This document shows, piece after piece, positions 46,484 to 55,607 of a stretch of 64,000 nt of DNA. The stretch covers positions 1-64,000 of the IMG/VR virus record IMGVR_UViG_3300042507_002545; one strand, written 5' to 3'. The position numbers and the translations under genes were made by a program. How positions within the stretch are numbered: position 1 is the first letter of the stretch; each line of letters opens with the position of its first letter. The stretch is from a virus (taxonomy: Duplodnaviria > Caudoviricetes). The notes below the pieces were generated by a model, which worked only from the letters and a program-made list of their open reading frames with translations, was not told the DNA's origin and did not search any database.

Positions 46484-47872
46484 ATGGATAATTTTACCAA
46501 CGCAATGTTTTCTAATGATAGTCTTACCAATAACGGCGCAGTTACTCATAGTACTGCAGGTAATTACTGTCTTGACCTGTTCTTTTTAGCAGGTGCGAGC
46601 CGTTTTATGTCTGAAGAAGATATCTTAAAAGCATTTATCAAGGCTTATCGTGAAGATAAGTTAACTGCTATTAAGATTCTATTTTGGGCACGCGATGCAC
46701 GTGGTGGTGCAGGGGAGAAGAGATTCTTCCAAGTGATAATGAGAAATCTATTAGTAGCAGACCCTGAAGTATATGAGCAAATTGCTATACATATACCAAC
46801 GTTTGGCTATTGGAAAGATATATTCATCATTGAAAGACCAACTGATAATACCCTTAATTGGTTGAGTATTCAACTGAAAGAGAATGAGAATGCTAATCTA
46901 TTGGCTAAATGGTTCCCTCGCAAGGGTGAATGGTTTGTGGCAATGCATAAGTATCTTGGTGTATCAGCAGGTACATTCCGTAGAAGACTTACTTCTATGT
47001 CTAATACCGTAGAGCAAAAGATGTGTGCTAATGATTGGGAATCTATTTCTTATTCACAAGTACCTTCTGTTGCAGGTAAGAGATATGCCCAGTCCTTTAC
47101 TAAACACGATTATGTAAGATACGCCTCTTATATTAGCGATGTTATGGAAGGTAAGGAGAAGATTAATGCTTCAGTATTATTCCCAAGTGACCTTGTAGCA
47201 AAAGTATTTACAGAGCATGATACCTTTGCATACAATGCTATGTGGAAGAATCTTCCTAACTATATGGAAGGTTGTACTGAAAGAATCTTACCTGTTTGCG
47301 ATGTTAGTGGTAGTATGACGGGACAACCTATGGAAGTATCTATAGGATTGGGCCTCTATATCAGTGAGCGCAATGAAGGTCCTTTCAAGGATTTAGTGTT
47401 GACATTTAGTGAATCACCGCAATTTCATAAGATAAGCGGTATGACATTAAGTGAGAAAGCACATAATCTTAGACAGGCTGATTGGGGTATGAATACGGAT
47501 TTAACCAAAACATTCACAGTGTTACTAGATCGTGCTGTTGCAGGTAAAGTAGCACAGGAAGATATGCCTACCAAGTTACTGATTATTAGTGACATGGAGT
47601 TTGACCAAGCCTGTGGTAAGCGTACTAACTTTGATACTATCAAGGATATGTATGCACACTGCGGTTATGAGATGCCGGGTATAATCTTTTGGAATGTTAA
47701 TGGTCGCCTCGGTAATGTACCTGTGAAGGCTAACACACCAAACACTGCCCTTGTTAGCGGGTATAGTCCAAGTATTATTACAAATATCTTGGGCGGTAAG
47801 GATTTGAGTCCTATAAGTGTGATGATGGAAACTATTGGCAATGTGAGATACAACTGTATCAAACTTGACTAA
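46484..47872 (+). CDS. TROVE/Ro60-like vWA protein (DUF2828-type)
   Basis: Likely ATG at 46484. LDLFF, LFWARDARGGAGEKR, GYWKD, AKWFPR and VPSVA motifs; vWA MIDAS DVSGS...NTD...ISDMEFD; IFWNV...VSGYSP. Confidence 0.85.
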   Translation: MDNFTNAMFSNDSLTNNGAVTHSTAGNYCLDLFFLAGASRFMSEEDILKAFIKAYREDKLTAIKILFWARDARGGAGEKRFFQVIMRNLLVADPEVYEQIAIHIPTFGYWKDIFIIERPTDNTLNWLSIQLKENENANLLAKWFPRKGEWFVAMHKYLGVSAGTFRRRLTSMSNTVEQKMCANDWESISYSQVPSVAGKRYAQSFTKHDYVRYASYISDVMEGKEKINASVLFPSDLVAKVFTEHDTFAYNAMWKNLPNYMEGCTERILPVCDVSGSMTGQPMEVSIGLGLYISERNEGPFKDLVLTFSESPQFHKISGMTLSEKAHNLRQADWGMNTDLTKTFTVLLDRAVAGKVAQEDMPTKLLIISDMEFDQACGKRTNFDTIKDMYAHCGYEMPGIIFWNVNGRLGNVPVKANTPNTALVSGYSPSIITNILGGKDLSPISVMMETIGNVRYNCIKLD

Positions 47873-47884
47873 TTATATAATCTT

Positions 47885-47918
47885 AAAAGGGTGCGGGAAC
47901 TATCTCGTACCCTTTTTT
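47885..47918 (+). terminator. Intrinsic terminator
   Basis: AAAAGGGTGCGGGA-ACTA-TCTCGTACCCTTTTTT. Confidence 0.8.
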
Positions 47919-47952
47919 ATTTCAATAAAGTAAATTTTAAACTGTTATATAT

Positions 47953-48132
47953 ATGAGCAAGATGCTTATTACAATTGAAGTTAGTATGCAGGATCTCTGG
48001 AAGCATACAGCACCACGTGTTGAGAGAAATAAAAAAAAGTATTACCGTAAACGTAAGCACAAAAAGCATGACGACACAAGTAGAAGTGAAGACAAAAGTT
48101 ACTCTTATAGAGGACATAAACAAAGGCATTAA
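47953..48132 (+). CDS. ArfA-like small basic peptide, 59 aa (not in ORF track)
   Basis: Manual translation MSKMLITIEVSMQDLWKHTAPRVERNKKKYYRKRKHKKH...; RVE.NKK..Y.RK.KH recalls the ArfA core but lacks GKGS. Confidence 0.5.
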   Translation: MSKMLITIEVSMQDLWKHTAPRVERNKKKYYRKRKHKKHDDTSRSEDKSYSYRGHKQRH

Positions 48133-48256
48133 TTTCCTATTTGGTAGGAATATTACTGTGGAGGAGTTCGATACCATATATGATATGAGTATATTGGAAC
48201 TTGAGTTAATGATTGAAGATATGCAAAAGCATATAAATTTAGTTATAGGAATATGA
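48068..48256 (+). CDS. Hypothetical protein
   Basis: Likely start MTTQVEVK; ATGA-coupled to the next gene. Confidence 0.55.
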   Translation: MTTQVEVKTKVTLIEDINKGINFLFGRNITVEEFDTIYDMSILELELMIEDMQKHINLVIGI

Positions 48257-48561
48257 GTAAGATTAAAAACACCCCGGAATTTGAAGCAATGATGAGAGAG
48301 CAAGAGTTAGCCGCATCATTTGACTATCAAGAGAAAGAAGCATTAATGCTAGATATTGCAGCACATGAAGCAATAGAAAAAGCATGTGATGAGTATATAG
48401 AAGCTCAAAAAGTTTTTATAGCTGCACAAAAAAAGTTTGAACAAGCTTTATGTTTATATAAGATGCATAAAAGTGAGCTTACTCCTAATGAAGAGCGTTT
48501 AGATAATGCTGTTACACAATTAGGTAATATGTTTAAAGGATTTAATCCTAATGATATATGA
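48253..48561 (+). CDS. Hypothetical helical protein
   Basis: 102 aa ORF coupled on both sides. Confidence 0.65.
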   Translation: MSKIKNTPEFEAMMREQELAASFDYQEKEALMLDIAAHEAIEKACDEYIEAQKVFIAAQKKFEQALCLYKMHKSELTPNEERLDNAVTQLGNMFKGFNPNDI

Positions 48562-48713
48562 AGAAGAGTAATGCCTACATCTTAATGTACTTTGTGTTAA
48601 TCACATTAGTAGCATTAATGACATCTTGTGCAACAACAGCACACAGTTGTGAAGATAGTTTTAAACCAAAGATTCGCGAGAACTACAACTCTCGTGGAAC
48701 TAATTGGTGGTAA
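48558..48713 (+). CDS. Small lipoprotein, 51 aa (not in ORF track)
   Basis: MKKSNAYILMYFVLITLVALMTSC-ATTAHSC...: signal peptide with lipobox; ATGA overlap. Confidence 0.6.
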   Translation: MKKSNAYILMYFVLITLVALMTSCATTAHSCEDSFKPKIRENYNSRGTNWW

Positions 48714-48717
48714 GATA

Positions 48718-48811
48718 TTGCCTCGCGTCACATACTTTTTTCATCGGGAAGGACAACGGTCCTCTATAAAGTTTAGTTTTTACTGTTAAATACAACGGTG
48801 ACGCGGGGCAA
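48718..48811 (+). ncRNA. Candidate GC-clamped stem-loop sRNA
   Basis: 14 bp stem TTGCCTCGCGTCAC/GTGACGCGGGGCAA enclosing a U-rich loop and an AGGAC/GTCCT hairpin; followed by a T-tract. Confidence 0.5.
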
Positions 48812-48842
48812 CAATATTTTTTTTCAATTAAAAAACCAATTT

Positions 48843-49613
48843 ATGACAAAAGTTTATATTGAAGATGAGCCTAACTTGAATCGTTTAGATTGCGAGAAAG
48901 TTATGCAGGCTCCATTACCGGAGCAAAGGTTTAAGTTTTTTGGTCAAATGATTTACCCCTATTCTGATATTACTAGGATGGAAACCGATACTCATGTGTA
49001 TTGGGCTAATTGCATGCATATACCTAAATGGAATGAGAAAAGCGGTATTTATCTTAAAAATGACTCAACAGCTGGTTGTAGTTATGATAAGACAACTAAG
49101 AAGTTTAATTTTTGGTATGGTAAACAAGTTATGTTTCTTAATGACGACATATACAAGGATATGTGTAAGTACTTTGGTGCTGAATGGTTTATAGAAGAAA
49201 CTAGCGGTCTTAAGATTAGCACTACTAATTCTGTATTTGTTAGAGTACTGAAAGGTAAGATTACTAATACTGAAGAGTTAGTCAATAGTATTGTGAAGAC
49301 TAACCCATTGCTTCGCAGACATAATGTTGATACTAATAAGTTACTGTCTTATGTAACAACTACTAATAATCGTATTCAAACATTAGCAGAATACGTAGAG
49401 GTTGCTCAAGACATTGATGCTTTGTTAGATCATGTATGTAAGTCCGGTTCTATTTTCTCATGGAGGATACATGACCTTATAAAGTATGCAAGAATGCTTA
49501 ATAGGAAAATAGATTTCAGTTGGAGTGAGGCTATGATTACTGATAAACGTAATAAGTGGGAAAAAGAAGTAGAGGTTATTAAACAGGAGTGGATGCCCCT
49601 GTTATCGTTTTAA
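48843..49613 (+). CDS. Hypothetical protein
   Basis: Likely start MTKVYIE after an AAAAACCAA leader. Confidence 0.7.
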   Translation: MTKVYIEDEPNLNRLDCEKVMQAPLPEQRFKFFGQMIYPYSDITRMETDTHVYWANCMHIPKWNEKSGIYLKNDSTAGCSYDKTTKKFNFWYGKQVMFLNDDIYKDMCKYFGAEWFIEETSGLKISTTNSVFVRVLKGKITNTEELVNSIVKTNPLLRRHNVDTNKLLSYVTTTNNRIQTLAEYVEVAQDIDALLDHVCKSGSIFSWRIHDLIKYARMLNRKIDFSWSEAMITDKRNKWEKEVEVIKQEWMPLLSF

Positions 49614-49703
49614 GGGTGAAGGACCTATGGCATTGCGGGAGTTTATCGATTTCTCCTGCTTTGCTAATAGGGTTAATTATGTATCAATTTAAAAACCAAT
49701 AGA

Positions 49704-50048
49704 ATGGCTAAAGTTACAAAAGAGCGTGTTGCTAATATATGCAAACGTGTGAATGGGGGTATGAAACCCGGGTATGCTACGCATGCTGAAGGATTAGGTG
49801 GTGGGTACCTAGTTGCGTTAAAAGATTCAGGTATTATCTATAAAGATAATGAAGGAAATTGGAAAGGTATGGTGAAGATCCATGCAACAAGATTTGATGA
49901 GTTTGTCAAACTACGTCAACGCTATGATAAACAAGTGAAAGAAGGTGTTATCAGCGTTAAGTATATTAACAAACGCCCTAATGATACCCCTGTGGTAGAA
50001 AAAGTTAGTTTATTTAGAAGAATTTGGAATAGTATCTTAAAGAAATGA
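49704..50048 (+). CDS. Hypothetical basic protein
   Basis: ATG after an AAAAACCAA leader. Confidence 0.7.
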   Translation: MAKVTKERVANICKRVNGGMKPGYATHAEGLGGGYLVALKDSGIIYKDNEGNWKGMVKIHATRFDEFVKLRQRYDKQVKEGVISVKYINKRPNDTPVVEKVSLFRRIWNSILKK

Positions 50049-50230
50049 TAATGAGTGAGCAAGATAAAAGACCCGTGTTTATGGGCAATTTTGAACGTTT
50101 TAAGAAAGAAACGCAAGTAAAACATGAAGATGTTATGAGACAAGCAAAGAAACTAAATGAAAAAATGACGCTTGCATTAGCTATGGCAACAGTTGCTATT
50201 ATAACAGCTATTGCAGCTTTAGCTATATAA
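50045..50230 (+). CDS. Small protein with C-terminal TM helix
   Basis: Hydrophobic tail LALAMATVAIITAIAALAI. Confidence 0.6.
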   Translation: MIMSEQDKRPVFMGNFERFKKETQVKHEDVMRQAKKLNEKMTLALAMATVAIITAIAALAI

Positions 50231-50291
50231 TGCCGATTTTTTTCTAGTAATTATTGTATATTAAAGCAATTTGTAGTAAGCAGTTTTACCT

Positions 50292-50573
50292 TTGATATAT
50301 ATGTATTACCAGCTCCCAAATGGGAAAACAATATGGCTTGACGTTAATGATATTCTTAATCTTACAGATAGGGATATTAGAGAACTCGTCGCCTGTAATG
50401 CTGGTGAACATTTATCCAATCCTTGGCATGGTGCTTCTATAAAAACGCAACAAGATGATGAGGAAGACTTTCAAGATGAGGAAGAACAAGAGAACTATTA
50501 TAAAGAGTTCTTTCCTGATGAGTTTCCTGATATAGCAGATGATGCTATAGACTTTGACAATTTAGAAGACTAA
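50292..50573 (+). CDS. Hypothetical protein with highly acidic tail
   Basis: YQLPNGKTIWL N-terminus and D/E-rich C-terminal half. Confidence 0.7.
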   Translation: MIYMYYQLPNGKTIWLDVNDILNLTDRDIRELVACNAGEHLSNPWHGASIKTQQDDEEDFQDEEEQENYYKEFFPDEFPDIADDAIDFDNLED

Positions 50574-50586
50574 AAACCAATTATTT

Positions 50587-51042
50587 ATGAGTTATCGTGT
50601 TATAGTATCCTCTAATGAGGATGGCTCGGTTATTTCTTTGAGTAAGAATAACCCCGTATATGGATACATTCGTGTATCACAAAAGCGTTTAGTTATTAAT
50701 AGGAAGGGCTGGGTAAATATGAGAGAATTATCCGCACTTGTCCAAGCTGATGTTGAAACACTAAAGCAATTAGATTGGAAAGCAGGTCAAGAACTTAATG
50801 GTCACATTGTGATTAAAGAAAGTGTTGAGCCTTTTTCCCCAGAGAATTCTGATAAAGACCTTAAGATAGCAGGTGACAGCGATGTTATTTGTAGCATTAA
50901 TGGTCAACCAATTTATCGTAAATGTTTTTATGACCCTACTGCTAATGATACCGATGTATTAGTGCAACACGATAATTTGGAAGAAATTCGTAGTGCTATG
51001 GCGGTTGCTAAATTAGCAGAAGCAGACAACTTTACTTTGTAA
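50587..51042 (+). CDS. Conserved crAss-like protein (possible ssDNA-binding fold)
   Basis: NPVYGYIRV, G.IVIKES..PF, KIAG..C...GQPIYRK and D.LVQHDN motifs; strong leader and its own terminator. Confidence 0.55.
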   Translation: MSYRVIVSSNEDGSVISLSKNNPVYGYIRVSQKRLVINRKGWVNMRELSALVQADVETLKQLDWKAGQELNGHIVIKESVEPFSPENSDKDLKIAGDSDVICSINGQPIYRKCFYDPTANDTDVLVQHDNLEEIRSAMAVAKLAEADNFTL

Positions 51043-51068
51043 AGGGGGTAAGTTTACCCTCTTTTTTG
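51041..51068 (+). terminator. Intrinsic terminator
   Basis: AAAGGGGGTAA-GT-TTACCCTCTTTTTT. Confidence 0.7.
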
Positions 51069-51091
51069 TATAAAAACCAACTCAAATAAAT

Positions 51092-51571
51092 ATGAATAAC
51101 AAGTACACTTTTGCACAAAAGGTAGTTTACAAAGGTAAGATGCAGTCTTACCAGTTGTACGGTAATCCTGGCCGTAAACAGCAGGTGGTCTATGAAAAAG
51201 ACGAGTTTAACGCACAACAGAATTTTCTGTATAAGCGTGTGTTGTTCGGATTAAGTGTATACTCCGAAGAAGAATTGACGAAAATGCATTGGGATAAGAA
51301 AAAGCGTATCCAAAAGGTGCATAGTCGTGCGCAAAACGTTTTAAATATTTGGAAACATCAGCTTACTAATCAATGGACTGCTGACCTATTGGGTCACCTG
51401 TTTTGGAATAGTAGCTTTGTTAAAGAATATAGTGAAAAATTTGTTAATGATATTGACCCTACGTATATTAGCAATCTAGAATTTAAATCTCTAGGCGTTA
51501 GTAAGAAGGAAGTAATTAACAAATTGATAGAGGAAAAGGTATTACCTTATAATTTTTATCAACTAAAATAA
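51092..51571 (+). CDS. Hypothetical protein
   Basis: 159 aa ORF with an AAAAACCAA leader. Confidence 0.7.
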   Translation: MNNKYTFAQKVVYKGKMQSYQLYGNPGRKQQVVYEKDEFNAQQNFLYKRVLFGLSVYSEEELTKMHWDKKKRIQKVHSRAQNVLNIWKHQLTNQWTADLLGHLFWNSSFVKEYSEKFVNDIDPTYISNLEFKSLGVSKKEVINKLIEEKVLPYNFYQLK

Positions 51572-51576
51572 ACGGC

Positions 51577-51888
51577 ATGAGACTCAGTGATTTAGATAAC
51601 CGTGAGATTCTATTTATCTACTTTAGCAATAGAAAATGGTTAGATACCTATGAGGATATATTTGAGTATAAGTCAACAGAGGATGTGTTAAACATTCTTG
51701 ACTTTGGTCAAATCCGTATTACTCAACCTCTTACTGATGAGGATATCGTAAAAATACAGGAATCTGATCATTTCATACTTGCTACTAATATCAATAGGAA
51801 ACTTGAGGATATAGTAGATATGATTGAAGAAGCGGATAAAGATCTATACGCTGATGTCAAAGGCTGCTTTGAAAAAGCCAAGATTTAA
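51577..51888 (+). CDS. Hypothetical protein
   Basis: 103 aa ORF within the operon. Confidence 0.65.
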   Translation: MRLSDLDNREILFIYFSNRKWLDTYEDIFEYKSTEDVLNILDFGQIRITQPLTDEDIVKIQESDHFILATNINRKLEDIVDMIEEADKDLYADVKGCFEKAKI

Positions 51889-51891
51889 TCT

Positions 51892-52101
51892 ATGAAAACA
51901 ACATTTATAATGAACGGGTCAACAAGACTTGTTCTCACTCCTGAGACGGAAGCCGAGGAGATTATGCTTAAGCAACTAACTAAACAAGATAATATTATAA
52001 CACAAGTAGGAGAGGGTAGTCATATTTCCCTTACCTATGGTAGTAATTCTATTATCATTATGAAGTCTGATAATGTTGCAAGCCAAAGCGAAGAAGTGTG
52101 A
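51892..52101 (+). CDS. Hypothetical protein
   Basis: 69 aa ORF within the operon. Confidence 0.6.
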   Translation: MKTTFIMNGSTRLVLTPETEAEEIMLKQLTKQDNIITQVGEGSHISLTYGSNSIIIMKSDNVASQSEEV

Positions 52102-52495
52102 TGGGTGTGAAACCACCCAACCTATTTGGAAGAAAGAGGGTAAACAAAGGTTTTGTAAAGCCTGCTGGAGTAAACAATTTAAGGGTTTATCTAGTACTAA
52201 AAAACCAACGGCAAAGAAACCTTTGTCCCCTCGCTCTTCTAAACAAGAAAAGTTAGATGTACTTTACAGTACTCTGCGTGGTACCTATCTAAAAACTAAT
52301 CCCATGTGTAAAGCTAAGTTGCCCGGTTGTCAGATTAATGCTACAGACGTGCATCATATGGTGGGAAGAATTGGTGAAAGGTTATTAGATAGTACCAATT
52401 TTCTTGCAGTATGTAGGACTTGTCACAACTGGATTGAAGTTAACCCTAAAGAAGCTAAGTTACTTGGCTTCAGTAAATCAAGAGAGGAATCATGA
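52073..52495 (+). CDS. HNH-type Zn-binding nuclease
   Basis: N-terminal CxxC...CxxC; C....C...ATDVHH..GR...AVCRTCHNWIE. Confidence 0.75.
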   Translation: MLQAKAKKCDGCETTQPIWKKEGKQRFCKACWSKQFKGLSSTKKPTAKKPLSPRSSKQEKLDVLYSTLRGTYLKTNPMCKAKLPGCQINATDVHHMVGRIGERLLDSTNFLAVCRTCHNWIEVNPKEAKLLGFSKSREES

Positions 52496-52833
52496 TAATT
52501 AAATTTGAAAAAATACCTGATTTTGTTAATCTCAGATTAATAGAACCCACATGGCGTGGGGATAGTGGTGAACTTGTAGTTCATCATGAACTTACCAATG
52601 GTATACTTAAGATATGGGAAGAAGAAGTAAAGGATGGTGATATACTAACCTTTGAGATATCTCCTATACCTATTAACGGTGAGTCCTATATATTTACCAA
52701 AGAGGGTAGTCCTAAAAGCATTGGTGGTTGTATGTATACAAATCCTAAAATAGGATTGCATTATATATGCGAACTACTACTTATGTATGTAGGACCTGAA
52801 TACCCCGAACATTTTTACATTAAGAAAAAATAA
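52492..52833 (+). CDS. Hypothetical protein
   Basis: 113 aa, ATGA-coupled. Confidence 0.6.
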   Translation: MIIKFEKIPDFVNLRLIEPTWRGDSGELVVHHELTNGILKIWEEEVKDGDILTFEISPIPINGESYIFTKEGSPKSIGGCMYTNPKIGLHYICELLLMYVGPEYPEHFYIKKK

Positions 52834-52840
52834 AATAAGT

Positions 52841-53647
52841 ATGAAAAATTCTATAGAATTAGACGAAATAAGACAAGATAATAAGCCTTTTATTGCAGTT
52901 GAAGACAATGTTTTTTACGGCACAGCTGTAAAACAAGATTATACTAAGAACAACCAAGATGCGGTATATGTAGATAGCCAAAATGGTATCTACTGTTTAG
53001 CAGATGGTATGGGTGGTGAGACTTCACCATTGCTATCACCTGAAGAGATGTCTAAATTTATTGTATCTAAGTTAGCAGGTTTAGAACCTTACAAAACTAG
53101 ATTGCATAAAGCAATTGAACTACTAAATGAAAACCCTGAGATAACTGCTGATAATCTTATATCATATAACTTAAGTTCATTTAGTGGTAGAAATGTTTAT
53201 TTGATGAGAGAATTACATCGTGCTATTAAAGAAAAAGAATGTCTTTTGCATGTGTATAATCAAAGAGCTGGTGCAACTACACTAATTGCTAAAAGAGTTA
53301 GTGATAACACCTATAACATATCTAAATCAGGTGATACTGTATTCTTTGTCGTAGATTCTAATAAAAATGTTAAGCAAGTACATGGTATCTCTACAGATTT
53401 TATGACTACAGGTTATTTAGGTAGTGTTAATGACGGTGAGTTTTATTTAGATGAACCAGAGTTAGATGAGTTTACAGTTACTTTAGAAGAAGGTGATACT
53501 TTAGTTTTATCTACAGATTTCATTGAGACTGAAGAAGCAATTAAAGATTTCATTGATACCAACTTTGGTTTTGACATTGACTTTAGAAACTTCCAAAGTA
53601 AGCATAAAGCAGATGATTCAACGTTTATAACTATCAAGTATGTGTAA
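52841..53647 (+). CDS. PP2C/SpoIIE-family Ser/Thr protein phosphatase
   Basis: NQDA, LADGMGG, GATT, SGDT, VLSTD and ADDST motifs. Confidence 0.85.
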   Translation: MKNSIELDEIRQDNKPFIAVEDNVFYGTAVKQDYTKNNQDAVYVDSQNGIYCLADGMGGETSPLLSPEEMSKFIVSKLAGLEPYKTRLHKAIELLNENPEITADNLISYNLSSFSGRNVYLMRELHRAIKEKECLLHVYNQRAGATTLIAKRVSDNTYNISKSGDTVFFVVDSNKNVKQVHGISTDFMTTGYLGSVNDGEFYLDEPELDEFTVTLEEGDTLVLSTDFIETEEAIKDFIDTNFGFDIDFRNFQSKHKADDSTFITIKYV

Positions 53648-54023
53648 TTTTAAAAAAGTAATTTTTAGTTTACTATTCTTACTTTTATCATTTTGCTTAA
53701 TAGCTCAAAATAATAGCCACAGTGCACGTGCAATAAGGTTTAGTCATACTGAAGATGATGCTTTTAATTGGGCAGAGTCTGTTAGTGTAGATATACCTAT
53801 TATCATAACAGATAATATTCTAAACATATACACTGAAACACCACAAACATTTCGTATTACTGGTGATCCCGTAGATGTTGACAAATTTAGCAAGCAATGG
53901 TCTGCTATAGATGGTAACGATGTAACCTGCAGTATAAAATTTGTGAGTATAAATGCAAAATTCTTCTGCTATATATATTATGCAGATGTAGCTTATTTTT
54001 ATCGAATAGCAGAGTATGAATAG
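53640..54023 (+). CDS. Secreted/periplasmic hypothetical protein
   Basis: Signal peptide KKVIFSLLFLLLSFCLIA-Q. Confidence 0.6.
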   Translation: MCNFKKVIFSLLFLLLSFCLIAQNNSHSARAIRFSHTEDDAFNWAESVSVDIPIIITDNILNIYTETPQTFRITGDPVDVDKFSKQWSAIDGNDVTCSIKFVSINAKFFCYIYYADVAYFYRIAEYE

Positions 54024-55107
54024 AGAAGAAATTCAAAAGCAAGCGTTAGATACGTTAATTGCTAATAAAAGATGTGGTATTGCTGTATCTATGGGAGTTG
54101 GTAAAACTCTCATAGGTCTACAGCATATTGCAACTAACTACTATGAAGAACTCAAAGTGTTAGTTGTAGCACCTAAGAAGTCTATATTTAAGTCCTGGGT
54201 TGAAGAGGCTGATAAGTTTAATATGTCTTATTTGAAAGAGCATATTAAGTTTACCACTTATTTATCTTTAGGGAAACAGGATTTAGATTATGATGTCGTG
54301 TACTTAGATGAGTGTCATAACCTGTTAGAATCACATGAACCTTGGCTATCTCAGTACAAGGGTACTATTGTAGGTCTTACTGGTACACCACCGCGTATTG
54401 CAAAGTCTGAGAAAGGACAAATGGTCGCCAAGTATTGTCCTATTAAATACCGTTACATCACTGATGAAGCAGTAGAAGATGGTATTCTAAATGACTATGA
54501 AATTATTATACATTTATTAGATTTAGATAAAAGCTTAACTTATAAGCAAAAAACTAAAAAAGGTTATTTTCCATCTTCAGAGTTAAAGAACTATAACTAC
54601 TGGACTGAGAAACTAATGAATGCTAATGGTTTTAAAGAAGAACAAATACTTAGAGTAATGCGTATGAAATCTATGATGGGTTACCCCAGCAAAGAGCGCT
54701 ATGCTTTAAAATTGTTCAATGCTATAACTGATAAGGTTATATTGTTTGCTAATACACAAGAGCAAGCAGATAAAATGTGTAAGTATAGTTATCATAGTGG
54801 TAATAAAGGTTCTGAAGTTAATCTCGAGTTGTTTAAGACTGGTGACATTGATAAGTTAAGTTGTGTATTGCAGCTTAATGAAGGTGTAAACATACCTAAT
54901 CTTAAACAGGGTATCATTATGCATGCATATGGTAATGAACGCAAGTCTGCTCAAAGACTTGGTCGTATGTTGAGATTAAACCCTAATGAAAAAGCAGTGA
55001 TTCACATATTGTGTTATGATAATACAGTGGATACTACATGGGTTCAGAATGCTTTAGAGCAATATGATGACACAAAAATTAAATGGATTAAAGCAAATGA
55101 ACAGTAA
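54016..55107 (+). CDS. Superfamily 2 helicase
   Basis: GVGKT, DECH, GLTGT, LNEGVNIP and QRLGR motifs. Confidence 0.9.
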   Translation: MNREEIQKQALDTLIANKRCGIAVSMGVGKTLIGLQHIATNYYEELKVLVVAPKKSIFKSWVEEADKFNMSYLKEHIKFTTYLSLGKQDLDYDVVYLDECHNLLESHEPWLSQYKGTIVGLTGTPPRIAKSEKGQMVAKYCPIKYRYITDEAVEDGILNDYEIIIHLLDLDKSLTYKQKTKKGYFPSSELKNYNYWTEKLMNANGFKEEQILRVMRMKSMMGYPSKERYALKLFNAITDKVILFANTQEQADKMCKYSYHSGNKGSEVNLELFKTGDIDKLSCVLQLNEGVNIPNLKQGIIMHAYGNERKSAQRLGRMLRLNPNEKAVIHILCYDNTVDTTWVQNALEQYDDTKIKWIKANEQ

Positions 55108-55336
55108 TTTACCCACTGGTGCAGAACAAGATGTTAATGCACCTTGGAATCAAGTAAGTGATTTATGTAAGAATTGCGACAGAGATATTATTAGAGGTAT
55201 GGCTTATGAGTCAACACCTGATGAGTCCGATGTCGATGAACATTTTGAGGCAATGCTTGAAGAAGCAGATATATGCCGTGATTGTTTTAAAGAAGAACAA
55301 GCAGATGATGATGACTGGTGTAACTGGCGAGACTAA
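55097..55336 (+). CDS. Small acidic protein with two CxxC pairs
   Basis: Likely start MNSNLPTGA...APWN; CKNC and CRDC. Confidence 0.6.
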   Translation: MNSNLPTGAEQDVNAPWNQVSDLCKNCDRDIIRGMAYESTPDESDVDEHFEAMLEEADICRDCFKEEQADDDDWCNWRD

Positions 55337-55607
55337 AACTGTTGAACTTGAAGATGTAAAGCTTGATCTGTCCTTTATGGAGGACAGCAAGCTCATCTTG
55401 TTCAATGATGACCACAATAGCTTTGATAAAGTTATTATGGCTCTTATTGTATACTGTCAAATCTCTAGTGCTAAGGCTGCAGAGATTACTATGAAAGTAC
55501 ACAATGACGGTAAAGCTGTAGCAAAGTATGGTCCTCGTAAAGACCTGGAAGTTATAGCTGGTATATTTGGTGAACTAGATTTAACCTGTGAAATAGAAGA
55601 CCCATGA
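55305..55607 (+). CDS. clpS: ClpS N-degron adaptor homolog
   Basis: LILFNDDHNSFDKVI..L...C...A...MKVHNDGKA. Confidence 0.85.
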   Translation: MMMTGVTGETKTVELEDVKLDLSFMEDSKLILFNDDHNSFDKVIMALIVYCQISSAKAAEITMKVHNDGKAVAKYGPRKDLEVIAGIFGELDLTCEIEDP

